The notes under the pieces are model-generated. The model searched no databases, was not told where the DNA came from, and saw only the letters and a list, made by a program, of their open reading frames with translations. A stretch of 64,000 nt of DNA from an uncultured Verrucomicrobiae bacterium (GTDB lineage Bacteria; Verrucomicrobiota; Verrucomicrobiia; Chthoniobacterales; JAATET01), in assembly GCA_963719495.1 (NCBI GenBank), contig CAVRCI010000010.1:1-64000 (forward strand). The letters are read 5' to 3'. Shown piece by piece: positions 10,165 through 19,968 of the stretch; position 1 is the stretch's first letter; every line of letters begins with the position of its first letter. A program made the translations under genes and the position numbers.

Positions 10165-10181
10165 AGTTAATGACGTTAAGT
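10165..10181. promoter_or_regulatory. Possible MarR autoregulatory operator
   Basis: AT-rich TTAA-N5-TTAA dyad next to TTGAAA, immediately upstream of the marR start. Confidence 0.3.
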
Positions 10182-10186
10182 AATTC

Positions 10187-10654
10187 GTGATCGATCCGAC
10201 CACAGAACCACTTCCGACGGAAGGGCGGGAGCAACTCGCCGACATCATCGTCGGCATGCAGCGCGCCCTCCTCCTCCGGATCGCCGGAGAGCTCTCGCCG
10301 GGCTCCGTTTCCTTCCCCCAATACGTCCTCCTCGGCCACATCACTTCCCTCGGCCCGCTCAGCATGAGCGAAATCGCCGAGACGATGAGCCACACGACCG
10401 CCGCCGCCACCGGCCTCGTCGACCGCCTCGCCAAACTCGGCTACGTCGAACGATCCATCGCCCCCGACGACCGCCGGAAAGTTCTCGTCGACATCACCGC
10501 CCGAGGCTCCACCCTCGTCAACCGCATCCGCCACGACATCTTCGAGGCCGTGACCCGCGTCATGGATCACCTCACGCCCGAGGAGCAGCACATGTGGCTC
10601 AAAATCTACACGAAAGTCTTCGAATACTGCCGCAACAATCCTGCACCGAAATGA
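10187..10654 (+). CDS. MarR family transcriptional regulator
   Basis: wHTH TGLVDRLAKLGYVER...DDRR.V. Confidence 0.92.
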   Translation: MIDPTTEPLPTEGREQLADIIVGMQRALLLRIAGELSPGSVSFPQYVLLGHITSLGPLSMSEIAETMSHTTAAATGLVDRLAKLGYVERSIAPDDRRKVLVDITARGSTLVNRIRHDIFEAVTRVMDHLTPEEQHMWLKIYTKVFEYCRNNPAPK

Positions 10655-12600
10655 CCACCCGCTTCCTCCGCATCGTCCCCTTCGCACTCAGCGCAGCCTT
10701 GCCGCTCACGGCTCAGCAGCCCACCCCCACCCCCAGCCCGACACCCGAACCCACCCCCCTTGAAGCCCCCATCGCCGCCGACCCGCTCGGCGACGTCACG
10801 CCCGATGCCTCGCCGACGCCTTCGCCAACGCCCGACGTCGCCGACGAAAATGAACTCGCCCTCCCCGACGACTTCGGCGACCCCGGCGAAGCGCCCCCAC
10901 CGGTCCCCAACATCCGACCCAACGTCAACGACGTCGCACCCAGCCCAGCGGAGATTCGAAAAATGAACGACGAAGCGGTCGCCAAAATCAGCGCCTTCGC
11001 CGAGAGCCAACGCAATCCCAAGGTCCCCGACCTCGACCTCGACCAAGCGATTTCCACCGCCCTCAAGCAGAATCCCGACATCCTCAACGCCATCCAGCAG
11101 ATCCGCCTCACCCGCGGCCAGGTCATCGAGATCCGCGCCCAAGCCCTGCCCCAGCTCGGCCTCACCGCCGCCTACACCCAGCAGCAACGCACCCTCGTCG
11201 ACCCCAAGCAGCCCAGCCGCGGCGGCAGCACCGGCCCGGCCACCATCACCGGCCCAAACGGCCAGGTCTCGACCATCGATTTCGGCGACAGCGGTGGCGG
11301 CGACTTCGACTTTTTCGTCAACGACAAGAGCTACAACATCGAGCTCCAGGCCAGCCAACTCATCTACAGCGGCGGCGGCGTCCTCGCGGGCATCCGCGCC
11401 GCCAAATTCGTCGAAGACAGCGCCTACTTCTCGCTCCGCCAGACCATCGACCAAACCATCTCGTCGGTAAAAACCGCTTTCCACCAAGTCATCCTCAACC
11501 GCGCCCTCGTCGTCGCGCAGCAACAATCCGTCAACCTCCTCGAGGAGCAGCTCACTGATCAGCAGAACCGCTACGAAGCCGGCACCATCCCCCGCTTCAA
11601 CGTCCTCCAAGCCGAGGTCGCCCTCTCCAACGCCAAACCACCCCTCATCCGAGCCCTCAACAACCTCCGGATCGCCCAATACCAGCTCGTCGTTCTCCTC
11701 GGAGCCGACTACTCACCAGCCAGCCCCAGCGAAGTCCCCTTCAACGTCGTCGGCAGCCTCCCCTACACCCCCCGCGCCATCAACCCCGACGAATCCATCC
11801 GCGTCGCCATCGAGCGCAGCCCCCTCCTCAAATCCCAGCGCCGCAACATCCTCGCCCAGGCGCAAAATATCCGCGTCGCCTTCTCCGGCTACCTCCCCGT
11901 CCTCTCCGCCACCAGCGGCTACGTCGTCCGCAGCAACACCGCCTTCCACAGCCTCGGCGAAATCACCCAAGGCTGGACCGCCGGCCTCCAGGGAAGCTGG
12001 GCCATCTTCGACGGATTCGAAACCGCCGGCCAGACCGCGCAAGCCCGCGCCCAGCTCGAGCAGGCCGCCATCTCCTACGACGACTCGGTCCGCACCGTCA
12101 TCCTCAACGTCCAGCAGGCCATCTCGAATCTCCAGACCGCCAGCGAAACCCTCGAAAGCCAGCAGCAAAACGTCGTCCAGGGCACCGAAGCCCTCCGCCT
12201 CTCCCAGGAGCGCCTGGACGCCGGAGCCGGCACCCAGCTCGACGTCCTCAACGCCCAGGTCGCCCTCCTCCAAGCCCAGACCACCGTCCTCCAGGCCCGC
12301 TTCGACTACATCAGCGCCCTCGCCCAATACGACCTCGCCCTCTCGCTCGACGCCCAGTATTCCGAACTCCTCGACGACCCCCTTGCCGCCAAAGAGCGCG
12401 AAAGCTTCGCCCGCATCACCGACCCCACCGCCCCCCAACCCGAACTCCCCGGCGACCTCAAAGACAAAGACCCCATCGCCGGCCTGGCGGCCAACGCCCC
12501 CGGCACCACCCCAACGCCACCCCCAACTCAAGCCATGCGCGAAGCCATCGAAAAACCAAAGTCCAACCGAGGCAAAGCCTTCGTCCCCGGCCGCAGATAG
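10651..12600 (+). CDS. TolC family outer-membrane protein with Pro-rich terminal extensions
   Basis: Two OEP repeats (RYEAGTIPRFNVLQA, RLDAGAGTQLDVLNAQ); signal peptide; ATGA overlap with marR. Confidence 0.9.
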   Translation: MTTRFLRIVPFALSAALPLTAQQPTPTPSPTPEPTPLEAPIAADPLGDVTPDASPTPSPTPDVADENELALPDDFGDPGEAPPPVPNIRPNVNDVAPSPAEIRKMNDEAVAKISAFAESQRNPKVPDLDLDQAISTALKQNPDILNAIQQIRLTRGQVIEIRAQALPQLGLTAAYTQQQRTLVDPKQPSRGGSTGPATITGPNGQVSTIDFGDSGGGDFDFFVNDKSYNIELQASQLIYSGGGVLAGIRAAKFVEDSAYFSLRQTIDQTISSVKTAFHQVILNRALVVAQQQSVNLLEEQLTDQQNRYEAGTIPRFNVLQAEVALSNAKPPLIRALNNLRIAQYQLVVLLGADYSPASPSEVPFNVVGSLPYTPRAINPDESIRVAIERSPLLKSQRRNILAQAQNIRVAFSGYLPVLSATSGYVVRSNTAFHSLGEITQGWTAGLQGSWAIFDGFETAGQTAQARAQLEQAAISYDDSVRTVILNVQQAISNLQTASETLESQQQNVVQGTEALRLSQERLDAGAGTQLDVLNAQVALLQAQTTVLQARFDYISALAQYDLALSLDAQYSELLDDPLAAKERESFARITDPTAPQPELPGDLKDKDPIAGLAANAPGTTPTPPPTQAMREAIEKPKSNRGKAFVPGRR

Positions 12601-12609
12601 TCAATTCAA

Positions 12610-12632
12610 GGAGCGGCGATTTGCAATCGCCG
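12610..12632 (+). repeat. REP-like family A, GGAG-CGGCGATT-TGC-AATCGCCG (also at 15990, 20131, 33632, 37580, 57486)
   Basis: Six identical 23-mers: tetranucleotide plus perfect 8-bp hairpin. Confidence 0.9.
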
Positions 12633-12686
12633 AACCAACCCAAAGGCGAAGCCTCAAAAATCAGAAGCTCCCCCCGCTATCATGTT

Positions 12687-12861
12687 GAGGACCACGAACG
12701 CGCAAGCAAGTCGAGAAGCCAGCGATGACCTGATGCAAACGGGCGGCACCAGCCGCCCCCATCGAGCATTCGGAGGGCGAGGCTCCCGCCGAGCCGTGGC
12801 CTTCACCCTGGATTCCGCGCCTCGCAGACCGATGTCATCGGCAGCGGAGCGAACCATCTCT
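12687..12861 (+). repeat. Composite intergenic repeat homologous to 27795-27998; contains REP family D (GGAGGGCGAGGCTCCCGCCGAGCC)
   Basis: Colinear shared blocks acgaacgcgcaagc, gcattcggagggc, gccgagccgtggccttcac, gatgtc...catctctg. Confidence 0.75.
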
Positions 12862-12945
12862 GGCACACACTAAACAACCGCCCGCGCACCAGAACGCCCC
12901 CGCCACCCCAAGCCATCGCGCACCCAAACCCACCCAAACCCCGCG

Positions 12946-13623
12946 ATGCCCACCCCGCTCCTTCCGATCCCCGCCCTCGAAGCCCTCACCTTCTGCCGAG
13001 CCGCCTTCATCACCCGCCTCCCCGACGTCGACTGCGCCACCGACCGCGAGACCGCCCTCGCCCGCCTCCACCCCCACCACCAGCGACTCCTCACCAACCT
13101 CGGCTTCACCCTCCCCCTGGCCACCGCCGAACAAATCCACGGCAACGAAATCACCATCCTCTCCCCCTCTCCCCCTCGAGCCCTCCCCCCCTCTTCACCA
13201 AAAACCGACGGCCTCATCACCGCCACCCCCGGAGTCACCCTCGGTATCTACGTCGCCGACTGCGCCGCCGTCTGGTTCGCCGATCCCGTCCGTCGCGTCA
13301 TCGCCCTCGTCCATTCCGGCAAAAAGGGCACCGAACTCGACATCGTCGGCCGCACCATCACCACGCTCCGCGAAGAATTCGGCACCGACCCCGCCGACCT
13401 CACCGTCGTCGTCAGCCCCTGCATCCGCCCCCCCGACTACGAGACCGACTTCGCCGCCACCATCGCCGACCAGGCTAAATCCCACGGCGTAACGAACTTC
13501 CACGACCCCGGCGAAAACACCGCCGCCGACCTCGACCGCTACTACTCCTACCGCCAGGAAAAAGGCCAGACCGGCCGCATGCTCGCCGCGCTGGAAATTC
13601 TTCCAACAACCAACAACCAATAA
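12946..13623 (+). CDS. YfiH/PgeF (laccase-domain) family protein
   Basis: QIHG, DGLIT, VADCAAV, HSG, YSYR...GRM. Confidence 0.88.
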   Translation: MPTPLLPIPALEALTFCRAAFITRLPDVDCATDRETALARLHPHHQRLLTNLGFTLPLATAEQIHGNEITILSPSPPRALPPSSPKTDGLITATPGVTLGIYVADCAAVWFADPVRRVIALVHSGKKGTELDIVGRTITTLREEFGTDPADLTVVVSPCIRPPDYETDFAATIADQAKSHGVTNFHDPGENTAADLDRYYSYRQEKGQTGRMLAALEILPTTNNQ

Positions 13624-13635
13624 CCAACAACCAGA

Positions 13636-14328
13636 TTGCGAGCCTTCGACGAGAGCGAACCCGAGTGGATGGACGTCGCCCAACCCGACACCCCCGAGCT
13701 CCGCCGCGACCTCGAGAACCTCGCCACCCTCAACCGCGTCTTCGGCAGTTACACCCTCATCCTCCACTACCTCCGCCCCTGGCTCCTCGCCGCGCCCCGC
13801 GACCGCCCCATCCGCCTCCTCGACTTCGCCACCGCGTCCGGCGACATCCCCCGCCGCCTCGTCGACGCCGCCCGCCAGCACGACGTCCGCCTCGAGATCG
13901 ACGCCGTCGATCAGCAAGCCACCACCGTCGCCATCGCCCGCGAACTCTCCGCCGACTACCCCGAGATCACCTACCACGAAGGCGACATCCGCACCTTCGG
14001 CACCGGCCACACCTGGGACATCGTTCACTGCTCCCTCGCCATCCACCACTTCAGCGAACCCGACGCCCTCACCGTCTTCCGGCAAATCAAAGCCCTCGCC
14101 AGCTCCCACGCCCTCGTCGCCGACCTCCGCCGCTCCCCCCTCGGGACCCTCGGAGTCGACTTCATGACCACCGTCTGGATGCGCGAAGCCATGACCCGAA
14201 ACGACGCCCGCGCCTCCGTCCGCCGAGCCTTTTCCCACGCCGAATTCGCCGACCTCGCCCGCCGCGCCGGCTGGCTCAGCTTCCGCCACCGCCGCCACCC
14301 CGTCTTCCGCCAAGCCATCTCGTATTGA
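13636..14328 (+). CDS. SAM-dependent methyltransferase
   Basis: EWMD, LLDFATASGD, SLAIHHF, DLRR, DARASVRRAFS. Confidence 0.85.
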   Translation: MRAFDESEPEWMDVAQPDTPELRRDLENLATLNRVFGSYTLILHYLRPWLLAAPRDRPIRLLDFATASGDIPRRLVDAARQHDVRLEIDAVDQQATTVAIARELSADYPEITYHEGDIRTFGTGHTWDIVHCSLAIHHFSEPDALTVFRQIKALASSHALVADLRRSPLGTLGVDFMTTVWMREAMTRNDARASVRRAFSHAEFADLARRAGWLSFRHRRHPVFRQAISY

Positions 14329-14335
14329 AGCAAGC

Positions 14336-14357
14336 GTGGCATTGGCTTCCAGCCAAT
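14336..14357 (+). repeat. REP-like family B', GTGG-N-ATYGGCT-TCC-AGCCRAT (also at 24829, 31307); related GGAG-CGGCGGCT-TCC-AGCCGCCG at 20020 and 27747
   Basis: Repeated tetranucleotide-plus-hairpin unit with compensatory stem changes. Confidence 0.8.
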
Positions 14358-14446
14358 CACCAATCAAACCGGCTGAAAGCCGCTATTGAAAAGCCTCCCG
14401 CGCACCACCCATTGACAAACCCACGGAAGGCACCGCTCGTAATCAA

Positions 14447-14866
14447 ATGAATTCCCCACGCTTGGCCACCCTCGCCCTCGCCCTCGCCCTCGCCGCCACG
14501 CTCACCGCCTGCACGTCCCCCAACCAAAGATCCGCCCGCGCCGAAGCCGCCACCGTCGCCTGGCTCCGCGGCACCGGCCAATCCGCCCGCGTCGACGTTT
14601 CCGGCAGCTGGTTCGTCCCCGGTTGGGGCGGCGGTTACCTCGCCCAGACCGGCAACCGCGTCACCGGCTACATCGACACCTATGCCATCAGCGGCGTCGT
14701 GAACGACCGCACCCTCCAACTGGCCATCTCCGAAAACGGCGAGACAACCTACAGCGCCCTCGTCGTCCTCACCTCCCCCGACCGCCTCGCCGGCCACTAC
14801 TCCCGCGGCATCCCCTACAATCCCTACCGCCAAAAGCGCATCACCTTCGAAAAGATCAGCCGCTGA
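14447..14866 (+). CDS. Hypothetical lipoprotein
   Basis: Signal peptide with LTAC lipobox. Confidence 0.75.
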   Translation: MNSPRLATLALALALAATLTACTSPNQRSARAEAATVAWLRGTGQSARVDVSGSWFVPGWGGGYLAQTGNRVTGYIDTYAISGVVNDRTLQLAISENGETTYSALVVLTSPDRLAGHYSRGIPYNPYRQKRITFEKISR

Positions 14867-14960
14867 TCCGCCAACCTACCAACCCTCCTCGCGGCCCAAC
14901 ATTCTCATTGCTTTCAGCCACTCCCAGCAGCAACCTCCGATAACGCAAGTGACTTCTAAA

Positions 14961-15890
14961 ATGAAAATTCATCTTAACGCCCGCCGCATCCTCGCCACCC
15001 TCATCGCCCTCCCCCTCTGCGCCGTTTCCGCCGCCGAAAAACTCCCGGTCGCCGCGCTGACAACGGTCCTGGGTGATTTCGCCCGCAACGTCGGAGGCGA
15101 CCACGTCGAAGTCGTCGACGTCATCCCCGCCGGCACCGATCCCCACGCATTCGAGCCCAGCGTCGGCGACGTTCGCAAGGTCAGCGATGCCCGCGTCGTC
15201 CTCGTCAGCGGACTCGGCTTCGAATCCTTCCTCGGCGATCTCGAACGCTCCGCCGATCCCTCAGCCACGTTCGTGATCGTCGGCGATTCCATCGACCCGA
15301 TCTACAGCGAGCACGGGGACGATCACGGCCATGACCACGATCACGACCACGAAAGCGAAGCCGACGGCAAAGTCCCGGACCCCCATTGGTGGCACAGCAT
15401 CCCAAACGCCGAGATCGCCGTGAACGTCATCCGCGACGCCTTCATCGCCGCCGACCCCGCCAACACCTCCGCCTACCAAACGAACGCGGCCACCTACCAA
15501 AAAACGCTCGAAGCCCTCAGCAAGGAAACCAAGCTCACCATCGCCCAGCTTCCCCGCGACAAGCGCATCCTCGTCACCTCGCACGACGCCCTCGGCTACT
15601 TCGCCCGGGACTACGGCTTCACCATCGACCCCGTCCAAGGCTTCAGCACCGCCGACCAACCCTCCTCCCAGCGAGTCGGCGAGATCATCGACGACATCCG
15701 CGCCCAGGGCGTCGCCGCGATCTTCGTCGAAAACACCGAAAACCCAAAAATCATCACCGAAATCACCCGCGAAACCGGCACCAAGATCGGCGGCGAACTC
15801 TACGCCGACGGCCTGGGAGAAAAAGAAGCCAACACCTACGAAAAGATGATCCGCCACAACGCCCAAACGATCGTGGACGCCCTCAAATAA
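14961..15890 (+). CDS. Zn/Mn ABC transporter substrate-binding protein (TroA/ZnuA family)
   Basis: DPHAFEP, His/Asp-rich loop, DPHWW, TSHDALGYF. Confidence 0.93.
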   Translation: MKIHLNARRILATLIALPLCAVSAAEKLPVAALTTVLGDFARNVGGDHVEVVDVIPAGTDPHAFEPSVGDVRKVSDARVVLVSGLGFESFLGDLERSADPSATFVIVGDSIDPIYSEHGDDHGHDHDHDHESEADGKVPDPHWWHSIPNAEIAVNVIRDAFIAADPANTSAYQTNAATYQKTLEALSKETKLTIAQLPRDKRILVTSHDALGYFARDYGFTIDPVQGFSTADQPSSQRVGEIIDDIRAQGVAAIFVENTENPKIITEITRETGTKIGGELYADGLGEKEANTYEKMIRHNAQTIVDALK

Positions 15891-16038
15891 TTCAAGGAGC
15901 GGGGAGCGCACGCGTCCCCGCGTGCGAGCTGCGGCGTCCCGCCGCATCAGCCCAGGCAATTCGAGCGAAGCGAGAGAGCCGAAACTCGAGGAGCGGCGAT
16001 TTGCAATCGCCGAACCAACCCAATCCCGCGAAGCGGGA
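15891..16038 (+). repeat. BIME-like cluster: REP C (GGAG-CGCACGCG-TCCC-CGCGTGCG), a TGCGGCG-TCC-CGCCGCA hairpin and REP A; near-identical to 20042-20163
   Basis: About 120 bp shared with few differences; REP C also at 27657 and 50412. Confidence 0.88.
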
Positions 16039-16051
16039 CAAACATCTCACA

Positions 16052-16486
16052 ATGACCGGCCACCCACTCCTCCGTCTCGCGTTCATCCTCCTCGCCCTGG
16101 GCGCAACCGCCTACCCGTTGGCCCGCCTCACCTCCAAACCAGCCCCCACCGCCCGCCCGGCCGCTCCATCCGGCCCCACCGAGGCCACGCCCCGCGCCCA
16201 CGACACGACCCTCACCCTCACCACAACCACCCCCCCAAGCACCGTAACCATCACCAACGCCACCAACACCCTCGCGACCCTCACCCCCACCACGAACACG
16301 ACCACCATCCCCCTCACCCTCCCGACCTCCATTCAGGGATGGGACTTGATCATCCGAGCCACCTGGCCCAACGAATCCCCCCACGCCCTCCGCGTCACGA
16401 CCGACGCACCCAGTTCAATCAACGAGACCTACTGGTCCACCGCCAACACCCTCGAAGAAGTCCTCACCCTGCCCGCCGCCCCGTGA
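16052..16486 (+). CDS. Hypothetical Thr-rich membrane-anchored protein in the metal ABC operon
   Basis: N-terminal TM segment; GTGA overlap with the ATPase gene. Confidence 0.65.
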   Translation: MTGHPLLRLAFILLALGATAYPLARLTSKPAPTARPAAPSGPTEATPRAHDTTLTLTTTTPPSTVTITNATNTLATLTPTTNTTTIPLTLPTSIQGWDLIIRATWPNESPHALRVTTDAPSSINETYWSTANTLEEVLTLPAAP

Positions 16487-17223
16487 GCCATCATCTCATC
16501 CTCCGAGACCTCACCGTCTCCTTCAACCGCATCCCCGCCGTCCACCACTTCAACGTCGAGCTCGCCTGCGGCTCCTGCGTCGGGCTCCTTGGCCCCAACG
16601 GCGCCGGCAAGACCACCCTCATCAAAGCTATCGCCGGCCTCCTTCCCCGCGAAACCGGCACCATCGAATTCCAAGGCCACGCGGTCTCCGGCAGTAACGT
16701 CCAGGGCAAAGCCCTCGCCTACGTCCCCCAGCGCGAAGCCGTCGATTGGGACTTCCCCATCACCGTCCGCGGCCTCGTTGAAATGGGCCGCTACCCCGAA
16801 CTCGGCTGGTGGCGCCGATTCCAAAAATCCGACCATGCCATCGTCACCGAAGCCCTCCGAGTCATGGACCTCGAACCCTTCGCCGACCGCCAGATCAGCG
16901 CCCTCTCCGGCGGCCAGCAGCAGCGCGCCTTCCTCGCCCGAGCCTGGGCGCAACGCTCCGACATCTACCTCCTCGACGAGCCCTACACCGGCCTGGACAA
17001 GAACGCCGCCCGGGCGTTCTCGACCGCCCTCCACGAACTCCGCGCCCACGGCAAGCTCATCATCGTCAGCCACCACAACCTCTCCGACGTCCCCGATCTC
17101 TTCGACCACGTTCTCCTGATGAACGGAGAACTGGTAGCCTTCGGCCCCACCAAGACAACGTTCACCGAGAGCAACATCGACCAAGCCTTCACCACCAAAG
17201 TCTTCACCGGCCACAAACACTAA
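16483..17223 (+). CDS. Metal ABC transporter ATP-binding protein
   Basis: GPNGAGKTT, YVPQR, LSGGQQQR, LLDEP. Confidence 0.94.
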   Translation: MSHHLILRDLTVSFNRIPAVHHFNVELACGSCVGLLGPNGAGKTTLIKAIAGLLPRETGTIEFQGHAVSGSNVQGKALAYVPQREAVDWDFPITVRGLVEMGRYPELGWWRRFQKSDHAIVTEALRVMDLEPFADRQISALSGGQQQRAFLARAWAQRSDIYLLDEPYTGLDKNAARAFSTALHELRAHGKLIIVSHHNLSDVPDLFDHVLLMNGELVAFGPTKTTFTESNIDQAFTTKVFTGHKH

Positions 17224-17378
17224 GCAAAGCGAAGCGCCCATCCCCCCAAATCGCTGTCATGTTGAGCGAAGCGAAACATCTCTGGAATACACTAAAACTC
17301 AGAACCCCCGCATTCCAATAAGCCCCCGCGCCAACCCACGATCCCCGCATACGAACCACTCACCCACCATTCACCAAT

Positions 17379-17466
17379 GACTCGCTCGCTCCCGCTCGTC
17401 TCGCCCTTCGGGCTTCATCGCAGAGCCGATGCAGTCTGCCCCGAGGCTTCCCAGCCTCCGGTGCTC
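17379..17466 (+). repeat. 88-bp dispersed element (second copy at 50499-50586) abutting heptamer arrays
   Basis: gactcgctcgctcccgctcgtctcgccc...gcagagccgatgcagtctgcc...tgctc in both copies. Confidence 0.85.
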
Positions 17467-17513
17467 ACCCACTAATCACCAATCACTAGTCACTAATCAC
17501 CCACCCACCCACC

Positions 17514-18401
17514 GTGCCAACCTTCCTAACCGAGCCCTACAGCTATGAATTCATGCAACGAGCCGCCCTCGTCTGCATCCTCATCGGGTTCACCAACGGC
17601 TTCCTCGGAGCCTTCGTCATCCTTCGCCGCCTCGCCCTCACCGCCGACGCCCTGGCCCACAGCCTTCTCCCCGGTCTCGCCCTCGCCGCCATTTTCATTG
17701 GCCTCTCCCCCGCCGGACTCCTCGCCGGCGGACTCATCGCCGCCCTCATCGTCGCCGTCGGAGGCCAACTCATCTCCCGGAGCAGCCGCGTCAAAGACGA
17801 GACCGCCATCGCGTCCCTCTACGTCGTTGCCTTCGCCCTGGGTATCATCCTCATCAAATACGCCCGAGTGAAGATCGACCTCGACCGCTTCCTTTTCGGC
17901 AACATCCTGGGCGTCGGCGACTCCGACATCTGGACCGCCTTCGGGATCAGCGCCGTCATCCTCGTCACCCTCATCACTCTCCAGCGCCCCCTCCTCCTCG
18001 CCCTCTTCGAAAGCTCCGTCGCCCGCACTCAAGGTGTCCCCGTCAACGCCCTCTTCATCGTCCTCATCGTCCTCATCGTCCTCGCCATGCTGGCCTCCCT
18101 CCAAGCCGTCGGCGTCCTCCTCTCCCTCGGCCTCCTCATCCTCCCGGCCGCCACCATGTATCTCCTCTCCGACTCCTACCTCGCCCTGTCCTGGGGGGGA
18201 GCCGCCATCGGCGTCCTCGGTTCCCAGCTTGGCCTCTTCATCTCCTTCCACGCCAACCTTCCCTCCGGCCCAGCCATCGTCCTCGTCCTCGGAGCCATCT
18301 TCCTGGCCGCCTACCTCTTCAGCCCAAAATACGGAATCGTAACCAAGGCCCTGAGACCCAAACACCTCCACCAGGAATCCCTAAACCGCTGGCAAGGGTA
18401 A
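17514..18401 (+). CDS. Metal ABC transporter permease (ABC-3)
   Basis: DALAHSLLPG, FLFGNILGV, LQAVGVLL, PSGPAIV. Confidence 0.94.
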   Translation: MPTFLTEPYSYEFMQRAALVCILIGFTNGFLGAFVILRRLALTADALAHSLLPGLALAAIFIGLSPAGLLAGGLIAALIVAVGGQLISRSSRVKDETAIASLYVVAFALGIILIKYARVKIDLDRFLFGNILGVGDSDIWTAFGISAVILVTLITLQRPLLLALFESSVARTQGVPVNALFIVLIVLIVLAMLASLQAVGVLLSLGLLILPAATMYLLSDSYLALSWGGAAIGVLGSQLGLFISFHANLPSGPAIVLVLGAIFLAAYLFSPKYGIVTKALRPKHLHQESLNRWQG

Positions 18402-18489
18402 AACAGGCTTCCAGCCCGGACCCACCAACCCAACGGCAAAGCCGCAAACTCCATCCGTGTGAATCCGCGTCCATCCGTGGTTCGAATTC

Positions 18490-19968
18490 TCACTTCCAGT
18501 TCGGCAAATTCACCGTCCGCAAACTAGCCGGCAACAGCGACCGCCCCATCAACCACTCGTCGATCTTCCGAGCCGCGTCCCGCCCTTCCCCAATCGCCCA
18601 CACGACAATCGACTGACCCCGATTCGCATCCCCCGCCGCGAAAACCCCCTCGAGCGACGTCATCATGTTCTCGCCGATTGCGATCGTATTCCGCTCCGTC
18701 AATTCGATCCCCGACCCCACCAACGGATCCGTCTCCGACCCCGCGAACCCAATCGCCAACAGCACCAAATCCGCCGACACCCGAAAGTCCTCTTCGACCA
18801 CCTCGCGCCCGGTTCGCTTACCATTCTCGTCATAAGCCCACTCGACCCGGTCCATGCTGATCTCGTTCACCACGCCATCCCCGTCCGTGTCCACGAACGC
18901 CTTCGCATCCGCGCTGAACTCCTCGATCCCCCCCTCCTCGATGGCGTAAGTCATCGAATAAACCATCGGCTGCTCCGGCCAAGGGTTCTTGGCGACCCGC
19001 TCGACCGGCTTCTGCGCGTTGATACTCACCTGAATCACCTTAGTAGCTCCCTGACGAAGCGAAGTCGCCACGCAGTCCGCGCCGGTATCCCCACCGCCCA
19101 ACACCACGACCGACTTCCCATCAGCCGTGATTCCATCCACGACTTCCCTCCCCGCCTGACGCCGATTCTCCTGCGTCAGGAAATCCATCGCGAACAAAAC
19201 ACCCCCCAGCTCCCGCCCCGGAATCGTCACGTCCCGCGGCTTCTGAGCCCCGATCGCCAGACACACCGCGTCGAAGTCCCGCCGCAAATCCTCCAAATCC
19301 AAATCCCCACCCAGCGTCATCCCCGTGACGAATTTCACCCCCTCCGCCGTCATCTGCTCCACCCGCCGCTCCACCTGCCGCTTCGCAAATTTAAAGTCCG
19401 GAATCCCGTAAACCATCAATCCGCCGATCGCGTCCGCCCGCTCGAACACCGTCACCGCGTGCCCCGCCCGGTTCAACTGCTGAGCCGCCGCCAACCCCGC
19501 CGGCCCACTCCCCACGACCGCCACCGATTTCCCGGTCGAAAAGTCCGGCACCTCCGGCACGATCCAACCCTCCTCCCAACCCCGGTCCACGATGGCCCGC
19601 TCGATCGACTTGATCGTCACCGGATCCGCGTTGATCGCCAGCGTGCAAGCGTTCTCACAAGGAGCCGGGCAAGTGTAACCCGTAAACTCCGGAAAATTAT
19701 TCGTCGCGTGCAGCCGCAAGAGCGCCGCCTTCCAATCCCCCCGCGAAACCAGGTCATTCCAATCCGGAATGATGTTCCCGATCGGACACCCCCCCATGCA
19801 AGTCGGCACCCCACAATCCATGCACCGCTTCCCCTGCTCCCGCAGGTGCGAGTCCTCCCAGGTCGGTTTCCAAACCTCCTCGTAGTCCCCAATCCGAACC
19901 GCCGCATCCCGCTTACCAATCGGCAAGCGGTCATGCATCAAAAACCCATTAGGATGATCATCAGCCAT
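18490..19968 (-). CDS. gltD: Glutamate synthase small subunit
   Basis: RCMDCGVPTC..CP, GSGPAGL, GGGDTGADC, FAAGD..RGQS. Confidence 0.96.
   Translation of the reverse strand: MADDHPNGFLMHDRLPIGKRDAAVRIGDYEEVWKPTWEDSHLREQGKRCMDCGVPTCMGGCPIGNIIPDWNDLVSRGDWKAALLRLHATNNFPEFTGYTCPAPCENACTLAINADPVTIKSIERAIVDRGWEEGWIVPEVPDFSTGKSVAVVGSGPAGLAAAQQLNRAGHAVTVFERADAIGGLMVYGIPDFKFAKRQVERRVEQMTAEGVKFVTGMTLGGDLDLEDLRRDFDAVCLAIGAQKPRDVTIPGRELGGVLFAMDFLTQENRRQAGREVVDGITADGKSVVVLGGGDTGADCVATSLRQGATKVIQVSINAQKPVERVAKNPWPEQPMVYSMTYAIEEGGIEEFSADAKAFVDTDGDGVVNEISMDRVEWAYDENGKRTGREVVEEDFRVSADLVLLAIGFAGSETDPLVGSGIELTERNTIAIGENMMTSLEGVFAAGDANRGQSIVVWAIGEGRDAARKIDEWLMGRSLLPASLRTVNLPNWK

Noticed and set aside
14412..14417. 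TTGACA boxes at 14412 and 8333 as promoters
   Set aside because: No convincing -10 element at the expected spacing.
14944..14977. Zur/Fur box before the metal-binding protein gene
   Set aside because: AT-rich but with weak dyad symmetry (about 4/7); not supportable.
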